From positions 1 through 64,000 of the forward strand of contig NIVC01002097.1 of assembly GCA_002269645.1 (NCBI GenBank): a stretch of 64,000 bases of DNA, read 5' to 3'. Of this stretch, positions 1 through 9,881 are shown one piece after another. The notes under the pieces are model-generated. The model did no database searches, was not told the DNA's origin, and was given only the letters and a program-made list of their open reading frames with translations. The stretch comes from Macrostomum lignano (lineage: Eukaryota). Position numbers and translations under genes: made by a program. Numbering within the stretch: the stretch's first letter is position 1; every line of letters begins with the position of its first letter.

Positions 1-124
1 ACCACTCGGTGCATCGGCTAGGCAAGATGTCGTTGCGCAGCACGCCCTCAACTGCGGCAGAGTCGGGATGCCAGGGCTTGGCATTGGACGACGAAGGCCG
101 CATTCCGTACTTGTTGCAGCCGTG

Positions 125-538
125 TCAGAGTTGGTGCAGACAGGGGCGGCTGCGCGATTGCAAAATGCTGCAAAGTGCCACGGGCACCTCGGCCAGGCCC
201 GCGTAGCCGGGCTCAACGTCGCCCAGGGCCGCCAACACCCACCCACAGCGGCGATTGAACCGTTGCGAGAGAGTGGCGGCCCAGGCCACTGTGGCAAACG
301 GCGCATAGAGGAGGGGCGCAGAGGCCGGCGCGGAGGCCGCAAGAATGCCGTCGTGGATGACGAGAGCCTCTTCCCATTCGGCGCCCTCGCTCAGGAAGCC
401 CCAGAGCAGCCCTGGCAGGTCCGCAGGAAGCATGCCCCAGCGGCTGGCCAAGCTGGCCAGGCCAATCAATAGCCGGGCTCTCTGGGTTGGTGTCAGTTGT
501 CTAGTCATCTGAGAGGAGGCTGCGCAGCTGATGATCAC
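125..538 (-). CDS. Hypothetical protein (137 aa), possible accessory ORF of the LTR element
   Basis: ORF track; GC-rich, same strand as gag; no recognisable motif. Confidence 0.3.
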   Translation of the reverse strand: MIISCAASSQMTRQLTPTQRARLLIGLASLASRWGMLPADLPGLLWGFLSEGAEWEEALVIHDGILAASAPASAPLLYAPFATVAWAATLSQRFNRRCGWVLAALGDVEPGYAGLAEVPVALCSILQSRSRPCLHQL

Positions 539-608
539 CTTCTTGTAGACGGCCGATCGCAGGTGCTGAAGATTGCTGTGATGGGGGCACAGGACGGCGG
601 CCGGGCTG

Positions 609-1235
609 TCAGGTGTGATGGTTCCTCATCCACAACCTTGCGGAGAACTTGGCGGCCTGCCGGACTAGGTCGCCGAGGGCGTATTTGTAGGCGCTCTGGG
701 CCGCTGCCTCGATGTACATTAACAGCGTATTGTCAACCAATCCCAGCAGGGCCGCTTTTGACAGGATGAGCAGACAGGGCCGGTCCAGGTTGTCGCGAAG
801 TTGGCGCTCTAGAGTCGCATGCCTGTCCTCGGCCTGGAGTGGGCCATGATAGGACTCAGGCCCGACCCAGTGCACCAGATCCATAGCTGTCGCCGAAGGT
901 TCGCCAGCCACCTGACCCCAATCGACTTCTTCTCTTTGCAGGGCGATGTCCACACTTCGGCGGCTGTTGGGCAGAACATCACGCAGGCGGCGGGCCGCCT
1001 CGCCGAATTCGGCCGCCAGGTCCGAAATGTCCGCGGTGTCGCCCCCAGCATTGGCCGGGTCGATTGTCTCGTCACCTTCTTCGACCCTGGCGGAGGCCGC
1101 CGCTGGCGGCTCGGGGCCGTCCTCCGCCTCTTGGATGGCGTCACGGGGCCGCTTTCGGCTAACTGGGCTGGCAGGACGCTCAGACGGTAAGCTGGAGCAT
1201 AGCTGAATTCGATTGATGGTAGGCTTCGCGTCCAT
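609..1235 (-). CDS. Hypothetical protein (208 aa) with an NLS-like RKRPR and acidic N-half; possible accessory ORF
   Basis: ATG-initiated ORF preceded on the minus strand by a TATA-like TATAAGAA (1327-1334) and CCAAT boxes (~1355, ~1443). Confidence 0.45.
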   Translation of the reverse strand: MDAKPTINRIQLCSSLPSERPASPVSRKRPRDAIQEAEDGPEPPAAASARVEEGDETIDPANAGGDTADISDLAAEFGEAARRLRDVLPNSRRSVDIALQREEVDWGQVAGEPSATAMDLVHWVGPESYHGPLQAEDRHATLERQLRDNLDRPCLLILSKAALLGLVDNTLLMYIEAAAQSAYKYALGDLVRQAAKFSARLWMRNHHT

Positions 1236-1781
1236 GTCAAGCTGGATAGTTCATAGAATGCTTCAGCGATTGAAGGACAGAATGATTTCTCTGATTGATG
1301 ATTTCCAGCTCTGGCAGGCGTGGGTCTTCTTATAGTGCCGGGGCTGGCTTCCCATTGGTTGAGCACATTGGGAGGCACACCTGCTGCGGCCGGGGTCGCC
1401 GTTGGCTTGGGACCGCTCGCTCTAGTCTCCGTGCGCTCTGATTGGCTGGTTCCGCCGCTTCCTGTTTCCTCACCTGTGAGCAGGGGGCAGACCCGAGACC
1501 ACCTCCGGTCGCGCCCGCGGCAGATCCGTACTCCAGCCGACAGAGATCGCACTCCCACCTCACATGCACACATTCAGATCAGGCACACAAATTAATTTGG
1601 TTAATATGAATAGAAGAGGGATTTGGGAGATTAGACTCCGGAGGATAAATGATGATGCGGCCCAACTCCCTTCGATTTCTTCCTTCAACGCCACGCGCAC
1701 GCAGTTCTCATCCATGCCTCCGAGACCCTCATAAACTTAACAGCCGAAAGAATTCGAAAGAGGAATTAATCATTAATTTGA

Positions 1782-2150
1782 CTGCCACCAGTTTGATGTA
1801 CTATTATAAAAGAGAAAGGGGAACCTACCACCATCTTGGCGCATTACCAAAGAAAAGAAAAGGAGGATCAGCCACCATTTTGAGAGAGGTTGCTAGGGAA
1901 AACTGCCACCAATTGTACATTAACAGGGAAGAGAAAGAGGGAACCCGTCACCAATTAGAGTGGATTGCCCGGGGAAACTGCCACTATTTGCCCTTCTACC
2001 AGAGGAGAGGAAGACGAAAAACTGCCATCCTTAGAGGTGTATCATTAAAAGAAGGCGGGGAAGAAGGCTACCACTACTTGATCACCTAGAGCTCAAGGGA
2101 AGGAGAGGGAATGAAGAAAGGAAGAAACCCCCAGGAAGGCCACTACCACA
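1782..2150 (-). repeat. Array of ~8-9 degenerate PBS-like motifs (plus-strand consensus CTRCCACYA) separated by 25-35 nt purine-rich (plus strand) spacers
   Basis: Motifs start at 1782, 1825, 1869, 1903, 1945, 1978, 2022 and 2068; the first matches the LTR/PBS junction at 7537-7555 at 18/19 nt. Confidence 0.7.
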
Positions 2151-3231
2151 CGCCATAAAGTTAAAATCCCCATCTATCTACATCCTAATACCCGGCTAGT
2201 TCCCTACTTCTATTTCATCCCTTAAATTCTCATTTTCAGGATTCCGGCCGCTAGTAGCCGAGCCCATCCTTGAAGAGGAGTCCGACTACGAAGCGCCCGA
2301 AGACAGCCATTCAGAGCCGGACGCCCCCTCTGATTCTGGGCCGGCTGCGCCATCTGGTGACATAGGCGCCGCGGCTCCCGGGCCATGCGACCGCCGGGCC
2401 GCCAGCGAACCAGCGTCCGGGGCCGGTTGGCATCCGGTACCACCGCCGTTGTCAGCCCGAGCGCACGCTCCGCCGCCGGTCGCCGCGGTGACGCCCGTGG
2501 CTGCCGCTCCACAGCCCTTGCCAACCCCTGTGGTGGAGACCGACGGCTCCTGGCATTTGGTCGTGCTGTCGACGGCCCTAATAGCCGGTCTCACAATGCA
2601 CTGGCTACTGCTCTTGGAGCTATTTCTGCGGCTTCCCAACTGCTGATGCTGGTGGTTCTTAATGCTTACTTACTAATTCTGAACTATCTGTCCCCATAAC
2701 TTGACTTTAATTACTTACCTGACTTTACATTGACTAAACCACTGGCCTACTCTAAACTAATTGCTGCCCCATTTGCCTGATAAACTTAATTACATTGAAG
2801 GCCCCCCCCTATTGCCTCATCGAAACCAATTAAAAGTTTCCCAAAATCGGACTTTCACAAAGTGTGAACAAACACACGAAATCAGACCTAAAGGTGCTAA
2901 TTTCCTACGGTCCCAGACTTCCATTGTTCCCAGAAAATCTTAAACAGCGGGGCAGGACCTCCTGTGGAGCAGACCCATAGAAATTTTACTAGTTTCCAAG
3001 TTAATATTTACTGATAGGGAATTAACGCATACTGTACGGGCCTAATTTTCGAGCTAAAATCTTAGATATTTAAACAACACCAACGAGCACGAGGTCACAA
3101 CATAAATTCGAGTAATAGAGGGCATACGTAAATACGCGAAAAGCGGTCTCCAACGGGGCAACACGAGCAAAATTTCGACACGCGAATCGGGGGGGGATTA
3201 AGCAATCACTGGCTAGCTACCGATCTGTTAC

Positions 3232-3756
3232 TCAGCGGGGGTCGAATGGGAGACTCACACCTAGCAAGTAAACCTTTTCTGTTCGATAGTCTATGATAGC
3301 ATGCGTACTGGCTAGAAAAGCACTACCCAGGAGGGAAACTGCTGCTGAATTGCCAACGACCAGAAAGAGGATTCTCACCTCTTCTAGCCCAATAACTGCT
3401 GTGAGGGTGGCCTGGCCTAGCATCTCTAATTCATTGCCCGTGTAGGACACGGCCTTCACACATGGGGGCTCCAGGGCCTCCACACTCTGTCCGGTAATTT
3501 TAGTAAAGTCTTTGACTGTTAGCAAAGACAGCGCACTGCCCCCATCTACCAGGAGGCGGGTGGGAACATTCTCAATTGGCAACTCTACAACAATATCTCT
3601 CCCGCGTTGTCCTCTAGCTGGTCTTGGCTGATAGAAATCGGGTACCTTCTCAAATCTAAACTTCTTGCTGGGCGGACGTGGCAGGTTAAGCTGGGCCCTA
3701 GAGAGGGAACGGGGCTGAGTTCGGGCCGGGCCATTCAGCCCTCCCACGGGTTTCCC
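3232..3756 (-). CDS. Retropepsin-like aspartic protease (pro frame), reached by -1 frameshift from gag
   Basis: LLVDGGSALSLL (D-G-G at the D-[ST]-G position) and a C-terminal LLGSAFL motif; ends in a stop with no pol downstream. Confidence 0.85.
   Translation of the reverse strand, partial: GKPVGGLNGPARTQPRSLSRAQLNLPRPPSKKFRFEKVPDFYQPRPARGQRGRDIVVELPIENVPTRLLVDGGSALSLLTVKDFTKITGQSVEALEPPCVKAVSYTGNELEMLGQATLTAVIGLEEVRILFLVVGNSAAVSLLGSAFLASTHAIIDYRTEKVYLLGVSLPFDPR
3693..3756 (-). promoter_or_regulatory. -1 ribosomal frameshift signal: G GGA AAC slippery heptamer plus H-type pseudoknot
   Basis: Heptamer at 3750-3756; 8-nt spacer; stem 1 GGGCUGA (3735-3741) / UCAGCCC (3712-3718); stem 2 loop GGCCC / downstream GGGCC (3694-3698). 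Confidence 0.7.
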
Positions 3757-5179
3757 GAACCCGGGGCTCTTCAGGCGTGGAAGGAGGAGGCATCAGAGCT
3801 TGCGCGCGCAGCTGGGCGAGCCTCTCCTGCCTCTCCCTGGTAGCCTCGTCTAACATATCTCTGCCCCACTCCTCTAAATCTTGCCTATGGCGATCAGGTG
3901 GCGCACGAAGCTGCAATTGCTGCTGCTGCACACCCGGCGCCGGCGGCGTGGGCGCCTCCTGAATTGCAAGCGGCGGGGGCTGGGGTTGGCGCCAGTTCCT
4001 ACTGCTATTAGAGCCGCCCTGCCCCTGCCTCCAGTTCCTGTTGGGAGTGGCGGGGCGAGGGGGCCTCATCTGCTGGGGCAGCTGGGCAACAGACTCTGCT
4101 GTCGCCTTCATAGTTTCATTGAGCTGCACCAGCTGGTTGCGCAGATCCTTTTGCGTTTGCTCTAGCGCGCCCAACCTCTCTTGCATCTCTGATAGGCCGT
4201 CACCGTCCTCCTCCGTCTCGTCAGCTTCCTGGTTCACCATCCTGACCCACTTGCGAGGGGGCCTGGGTGGCTGCTGAGGTTGCAGACGGACTTCGGTGCG
4301 GGACTCAGACCTGGGCGGGCCACTACTGTCCCATTTCCCGGCTAAGTCTGCGGCTTCTAACAGGGCTTGCTGCTGTTCTAACACCTGCTCAATTGTCTGC
4401 CAGCGACGGCTCAACAGATCTTGTCTGACCTGGCGGGGGAGCTTAGCGTGTTCCAAGTAGGTGTACACGATTTCTTGTTCTCTCTGCTCACCCTGAATCT
4501 GAGGAAACATGGCCGTTATCTGAGATCTTATCATAGCAGCAAAAGCACTATGTGATTGGCCGGGTTTCTGGCTCAGATTCTTCAGCTTATTTCTCTTAGC
4601 CAGATCAGTGTTGGCCTCGCCCAACTGCTCTCCTAATCTAGATACGAACTGCTCAAAGGGCAATTGCCCGTCCAATCCTAAGGCTAAGTTCTGAAATTCA
4701 CCTGGGAGGTGCGAGATGAGCACCTGCTTCCTAGCCTGATCTCCTACAGTTCTCTCCGCGTCCAGCTTGTAGATCATTCTCTCTACCCATTGCACAAAAC
4801 AGTGTTCGCCGGGAGAGAACTTTTCTACGTAGATTTTCGGCCTCTGGGCGTCTTGGCCCATGTTTAGCTGGTTAAACGCATTGGCTATAGCGGCAACTAA
4901 GTCTCCTAGCTGCGGGACTGCCTGAGGAGGATTCTGGGCTGCGTCCGGGGGAGCAGCGGCGGCTGCTGCGCCACCCTGATTGGGAGCGGGAGCTGCTACT
5001 CCTTCATCTGGTTCCTCAACTACTACTGCTTCTGGAGGCTGAGGGACCTGGTTACCAGCGGCTGCGGCCATTGCGGCTGCGGGGGCGGCAACTGCTGGGG
5101 TGTCAGCGGCCGAGGGTGGTTGACCAGGGGCGTCTGCGCACACAGCTTCTACGACCCTATCTCCACGCGCCCGTGACAT
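3698..5179 (-). CDS. gag: Ty3/Gypsy Gag (capsid-like domain); likely ATG at 5179; true end probably near the slippery site
   Basis: Capsid-like segment KIYVEKFSPGEHCFVQWVERM...QVLISHL...FEQFVSRL...LKNLSQKPGQSHSAF, coiled-coil and Pro/Gln-rich tail, directly upstream of the protease. Confidence 0.8.
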   Translation of the reverse strand: MSRARGDRVVEAVCADAPGQPPSAADTPAVAAPAAAMAAAAGNQVPQPPEAVVVEEPDEGVAAPAPNQGGAAAAAAPPDAAQNPPQAVPQLGDLVAAIANAFNQLNMGQDAQRPKIYVEKFSPGEHCFVQWVERMIYKLDAERTVGDQARKQVLISHLPGEFQNLALGLDGQLPFEQFVSRLGEQLGEANTDLAKRNKLKNLSQKPGQSHSAFAAMIRSQITAMFPQIQGEQREQEIVYTYLEHAKLPRQVRQDLLSRRWQTIEQVLEQQQALLEAADLAGKWDSSGPPRSESRTEVRLQPQQPPRPPRKWVRMVNQEADETEEDGDGLSEMQERLGALEQTQKDLRNQLVQLNETMKATAESVAQLPQQMRPPRPATPNRNWRQGQGGSNSSRNWRQPQPPPLAIQEAPTPPAPGVQQQQLQLRAPPDRHRQDLEEWGRDMLDEATRERQERLAQLRAQALMPPPSTPEEPRVRETRGRAEWPGPNSAPFPL

Positions 5180-7527
5180 GTGAATGCCGGATAGCTGGGG
5201 GAGTACCCACCACCGGGAAGGAAAAGAAAAGAAAACCGGGGCAACTACAGGTAAAGACCGAAAAGTTGATCCGAAACACACAAACACACTCACACACACA
5301 CAAACACAGACAAAACCACACACTTGCGGCGTCGAAGAAAACAAATTGAAAAACGGGTGGCTCCACATAATTCCATTTAGGCAGTCCTAACGGCTTCACT
5401 CGGCAAAGCACACTGACTCAAACTGCGGCTACCACTACCAGTTGTCTATGGCACATCCTGACAGGGAAAAATTGGCTATTCAGAGAGACTTGACCTTCAT
5501 TTTGCGGCCATGCTAGGGAACCCAAATGCCGACCGTAAACGGACTTACGGCACCTGTACAAATTCTCCCCTAGGGTTGCGCGCCGGACCCCATTTCCTTA
5601 AGAAAGCTACTACGAAGAAGCGTTGGCGCCTGGACCCAAAAACCCAAGTGGCGGGAGCAATCCCCATGGAGGTCCTCCCACTTTACTGCCCTTGCACAGC
5701 CGGAAAACCGTCGGAGTCCAGTGGGGCTTCCACCTCAGGACTACCAATCTTGTACACGCAGCTTCACAAAAGGCGGGAATCCAGCTCCCCTACGTCTAGC
5801 AGAATCCACAAAAACCAAGACCTCCCCCTTCTGTTCAGAGCGAAGGCGCGCAGCGGGAGTCCAGACTAAACTGTCCCCGAAGTTTTCAGGTTAGGCGGAT
5901 TACAAGCCTGAAACTCTCGCCCGCTTTCCTAGGATAAACAGACCTAAGTGAGTATCTTCCTGAAATGCTTGCCCCTCCGATACTCCACCTTTGCTGCAGC
6001 TCGAAATAGCATACTTGGGACCTTTATCTGATGGCGGAGAAAGTCCTACAGTTGTCAGCCTCTCCACTTTACTGTACTTGAACGCCCGGTTCTACCAGGA
6101 GACAGCGGTACCTCCATCTAGGTTATTCCAAGTTGCCAGAGACGTCAACCCGTCTTATTGACCTTGCGGGGCACTGGGGTGGCACTCTATGTACCGGGGC
6201 TTTACATTAGGGGACTGCATGCAACCCTGCGTCTAAGCGCTTAGTGGGCTGCAGTGGCCAGAGGGGAAAAGAGTTGCGCAATAGCGCCTTCCTGGGCCAG
6301 GCTGACAAGTCGGGCAGGAGCGCCGTTCTACCGGGTCGGGCTGATTGGCACACCCACCTCCCCTATCAGACTGACAGCAGGGGGAGGAATTACTAAAGGA
6401 GGAGAATGCAGCAGGAAACATTACGAGATCACTGGGGGCCACCAGACTTCCAGTACACCATTCCAATACTCACTGAACTCCACTATCAATAGGATACTAT
6501 GGGATCTACTATTTCCAGCCACTGCACCAGCCCAAATGCAACCAAAGCAGTTACTACCGGGTCTGCAATACAGTGGGGAGAGTCAGCAGACACGTTGGGA
6601 TCGAATCCCAGCCATGAAGGCACCAGGGGTTACCGCAGAATTCAGGTCCGGGCTGATCGCAGGTATTCCATAGGAGGTGACACTTTTTTTAGCCCGAGAT
6701 TTTTGAGTCACACTGATACCCTACAGAGATACAATCACACCGCTATTCCCATTCCTGCGAGACTTTGGTATCCCCAATGTTTCCAAGGCCATGACTACTG
6801 CTTCCCTTACTATGCATATATAGCGAGTTCCCCATAGCCCTTGATAGCTGTTCATTCTAATGGACAAACAAAACACGCTCCGGTCTCTACGCATTTCTAG
6901 GATTAACTGAGCGATCAGGGAGAGCGACTGTTACACTCCCCGAGTAAAAGAAAGAGGTAGGACAAAGGAAAGAAATGCTTCGCTTCCAGCTTCCCTGTGC
7001 TTGCGTGATGAGGCTTCCGTACCTGGCTGGCTGTCCACCTCAACACTCACACAGTTCTGCTGTAGGCTAGGCGAGAGAAAGAAAGGGAGGGGAAATAAAG
7101 CATATTACCATGAAATAGAAAGTGAGTCCGGAAAATTCACTTTCGCAGTTCTTCACACACTCCGTTACCAGGTAGCTATTCTGATTGTAATCAAATCCGC
7201 TCGTCTACCACTTCACACTTTCTAGCGCTGAAACTGATCGGCTAAATTAATTTTAAATTGAATCAGGGGCTTTTGGCGAATGAATGAATTTGGAAATTTC
7301 GAATGAATTGAACGAATTCGCAGCCCGAAAAATTTGAAAAGTTACATTAATATTTTTGGATTTTGTTGCCTCACGCCATGGGAGAAGAGAATGACGATTG
7401 GCGATTTTTACGATTGGTAGATTTAGACATGGCACTCTTTGCGCTTCGGCCACCATTCTGAGGGATGCCACAGGTGCGCTTGTCACATCTAAACCACCAG
7501 TCCGAAACTCAGCGCTGTTTGCACCAG

Positions 7528-7545
7528 ATCCCACCGCTGCCACCA
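7528..7545 (-). promoter_or_regulatory. Primer binding site complementary to the tRNA-Leu 3' end
   Basis: Minus-strand TGGTGGCAGCGGTGGGAT is the complement of ATCCCACCGCTGCCA+CCA, the 3' end of eukaryotic tRNA-Leu (AAG/CAG type); 3 nt from the LTR end. Confidence 0.9.
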
Positions 7546-7548
7546 TTT

Positions 7549-9763
7549 TGATGTAACCGCCCTTGTCGCCTGTCCGCTCCGTAGAGAGACGAACGCATGG
7601 CTAGAGGGGCAATGACCGTAGGCTGCCTATGACCGGGCAATGACCTGACGGACCTCCAGCACCAGACTGTCCCGCCCACATGATTAGTAGCTTTGGTAGC
7701 GCTTCGTGACCAGAGGGCCAAGGACCCACATGGACCCCACCTGTAGCCAAGGTGCAATAGTTGGTCACTCGGTCATGGTATGACCGAGTGGCTGCCACCA
7801 CTCTATGTGACCTGGCGCACCTGGATCTTTCTACCAGACCTCTCGAGGCTAGAGCCCCGCCTGGATTGGTTACCAGGGGATTTAGGCTAACAGGGGAGAC
7901 GCATGCAGCCGAGTACAGGGACTCTGCTTGGGGCATGATCGGGAACTCTGGGCTCAATCCTGGAGGATTTCTCAGCAGGGGATCCTTTGTGGCTGTGAGC
8001 GAGGCTGACTTGCGACTTTGATTACTAAGAGTAGTATGAGGCGAACATGTACTGTCTACAGTTTAGATTGCTCAGGGCGAAGGGACGCGTTAGCATGGGG
8101 TTGCAACCTTCCTACTGCCATTCTGTGCCAAGACTCGCTAATCCCTCTACTGCACGCACACGCGGCCCCGCAGCACGCACTCACAGGCGGGCTGTGCACG
8201 GGGAGAGGCCATTAGCTTACCCAAACTTCCTTATGCTTTGCCACCCCGGGGAAAGGCTTAGCAAGCCATGAGTGAAATGATGGTGAAAGATTGAATAATG
8301 ATGAAGTTAGTTAATAGTTAATAAGTAGGCCCTTAGGCAAATAAGCAGGCAATTAGGCGGCTTCACTATTGAGTAAAATACAGCAAAAGATACGGTATCA
8401 CAATTGGCTCAGCTCTCTAATCAGACAATGGAAAATAGGCAAACCCCGGATAAGCAAAGGCAATTAGAGCACAAATTAGTAGCAGGAACTTACCGGCAGC
8501 TGCACAGAGAGAGAGAGAGAGGCGGAGTGACCGAGGGCGGCTGTAGGCTGCAGTCAGGCAGACGGTGAAGCGGCGATGCGCTGGAGCGACGAGGCGCTGA
8601 TGTAGATCAGGCGATGCTGATGATGCTGGGCGGTATCAGACCGCTGGCCGATAGGCGAGCTCACTTGGGGAGCTAAGGATAACTTGGCGGTAACAGACCG
8701 CGGACCGGCAGGGATTCGTCTTATAGACGAATGGGTCAGAACTTAATCTGACAGCAAGTCCAAAGAAGGACGAGGAGAGGAACAGAGATAAACTCAGTTG
8801 AGTATTCTCATGCCGAAATCGCTTCCTTTTATAGACCTCACAGCCGCCTCCTCAAGGTCGTTACCATGGCTCCCTCTCTCTGATTGGCTGCCGGCAGAAT
8901 GACGTCAGAATGAGTCATGATGAGAAGCATGAGACCGGCATAGCAACATGAGAAATCGGGAAATTGCGCAATCCGGAGGTGGGGTGGGGGATAATTGGCG
9001 CAGGGTGGTCGCGAAAGTGTTGCGCAAGCAAACATTGAGAACAATAGGGCTGGGGTTGAGAACAAAGGAATTGGAAATCGGGGATAATTGGGGAAAACTG
9101 AGAACAATGGAAAAGTAAACATTGGAGAAAAGGTGATAATTAGGTGCGAAAACGAGAACAAAAGAAAGAGAAAATCGGAGAAAATGTGATAATTGGTGGG
9201 GTCGAGAGAACAAAAGAAGCAAAAACGAGAACAATAGAAGCGGAGGTGGGGTGGGTGTCACATGAGAAATTTGGGAAGGAGAACAATAGCGTGAGAAAAG
9301 GTTGCGCAAGAGAGGGGGATGAGTCATCGATGAGTCACCGAGGGGGAGAAGGGGTCACACGACTTGCGTCACCGTTTGGGAGTTTGAGAGGGGATGGGGA
9401 GACGGTGAGCACACAAAGTACTGTAAGTAGACACAGGGAAAGAGGGGACAGCGCAGGAAAAGAGTGCAGAGGGAGACAAAAAAAAGGGAGGAGGTAGAGA
9501 AAGTACAGGAAGAATAGGGCGGGAACAGAAGAGATAGGGTAGAGGGGGAGGTACAGAAAGGGGTAGGGGCTCCGGAAAGGCAGGTGTGGCGGCAGGAGAG
9601 ACGGGACCAAGGCAGCAGGAGGGGTGCAGCAGAGCGGGAGTCTCCAGGCCCGGTCGGAGACCTGGCCGAGTCTCGACAGCTCTGTGCAGAGGGTGCACGG
9701 GATAGGAGGCACTTTCGAAAAAGTTCCCATGCCCTATCCCGCGACCAGAGCGTGGTTACATCA
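7549..9763 (-). repeat. 5' LTR (~2215 bp)
   Basis: Termini TGATGTAACC...GGTTACATCA (perfect 10-bp inverted ends, TG...CA); PBS follows; internal promoter motifs. The partner LTR is not in the window. Confidence 0.8.
8827..8917 (-). promoter_or_regulatory. LTR U3 core promoter
   Basis: On the minus strand: AP-1 TGACTCA (8911-8917), CRE TGACGTCA (8900-8907), CCAAT (8883-8887), TATAAAA (8827-8833), in canonical order. Confidence 0.65.
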
Positions 9764-9881
9764 AACTGGCAAATGCGAATTAAGTGGCAGTTCTTCCTAC
9801 ATGTACTTTATATTCGGATATCTTTATCTGAATGAGCTGTGCGCTCGTAGGTGCATTTCTACTTGTGCTGCACCGTTGCGT

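Larger units (their letters stand above)
1..9763 (-). mobile_element. Non-autonomous Ty3/Gypsy-like LTR retrotransposon (5' LTR, PBS, gag, protease, accessory region); 3' part lies beyond the window start
   Basis: TG...CA-bounded LTR at 7549-9763, 18-nt tRNA-Leu PBS 3 nt downstream, gag and retropepsin ORFs on the same strand, no RT/RNaseH/integrase after the protease stop. Inclusion of 1-3200 in the element is inferred. Confidence 0.75.

Noticed and set aside
3698-3795. Ty1/Ty3-style +1 frameshift between gag and pro
   Set aside because: No known +1 motif found; the -1 heptamer plus pseudoknot with one missing base explains the region better.
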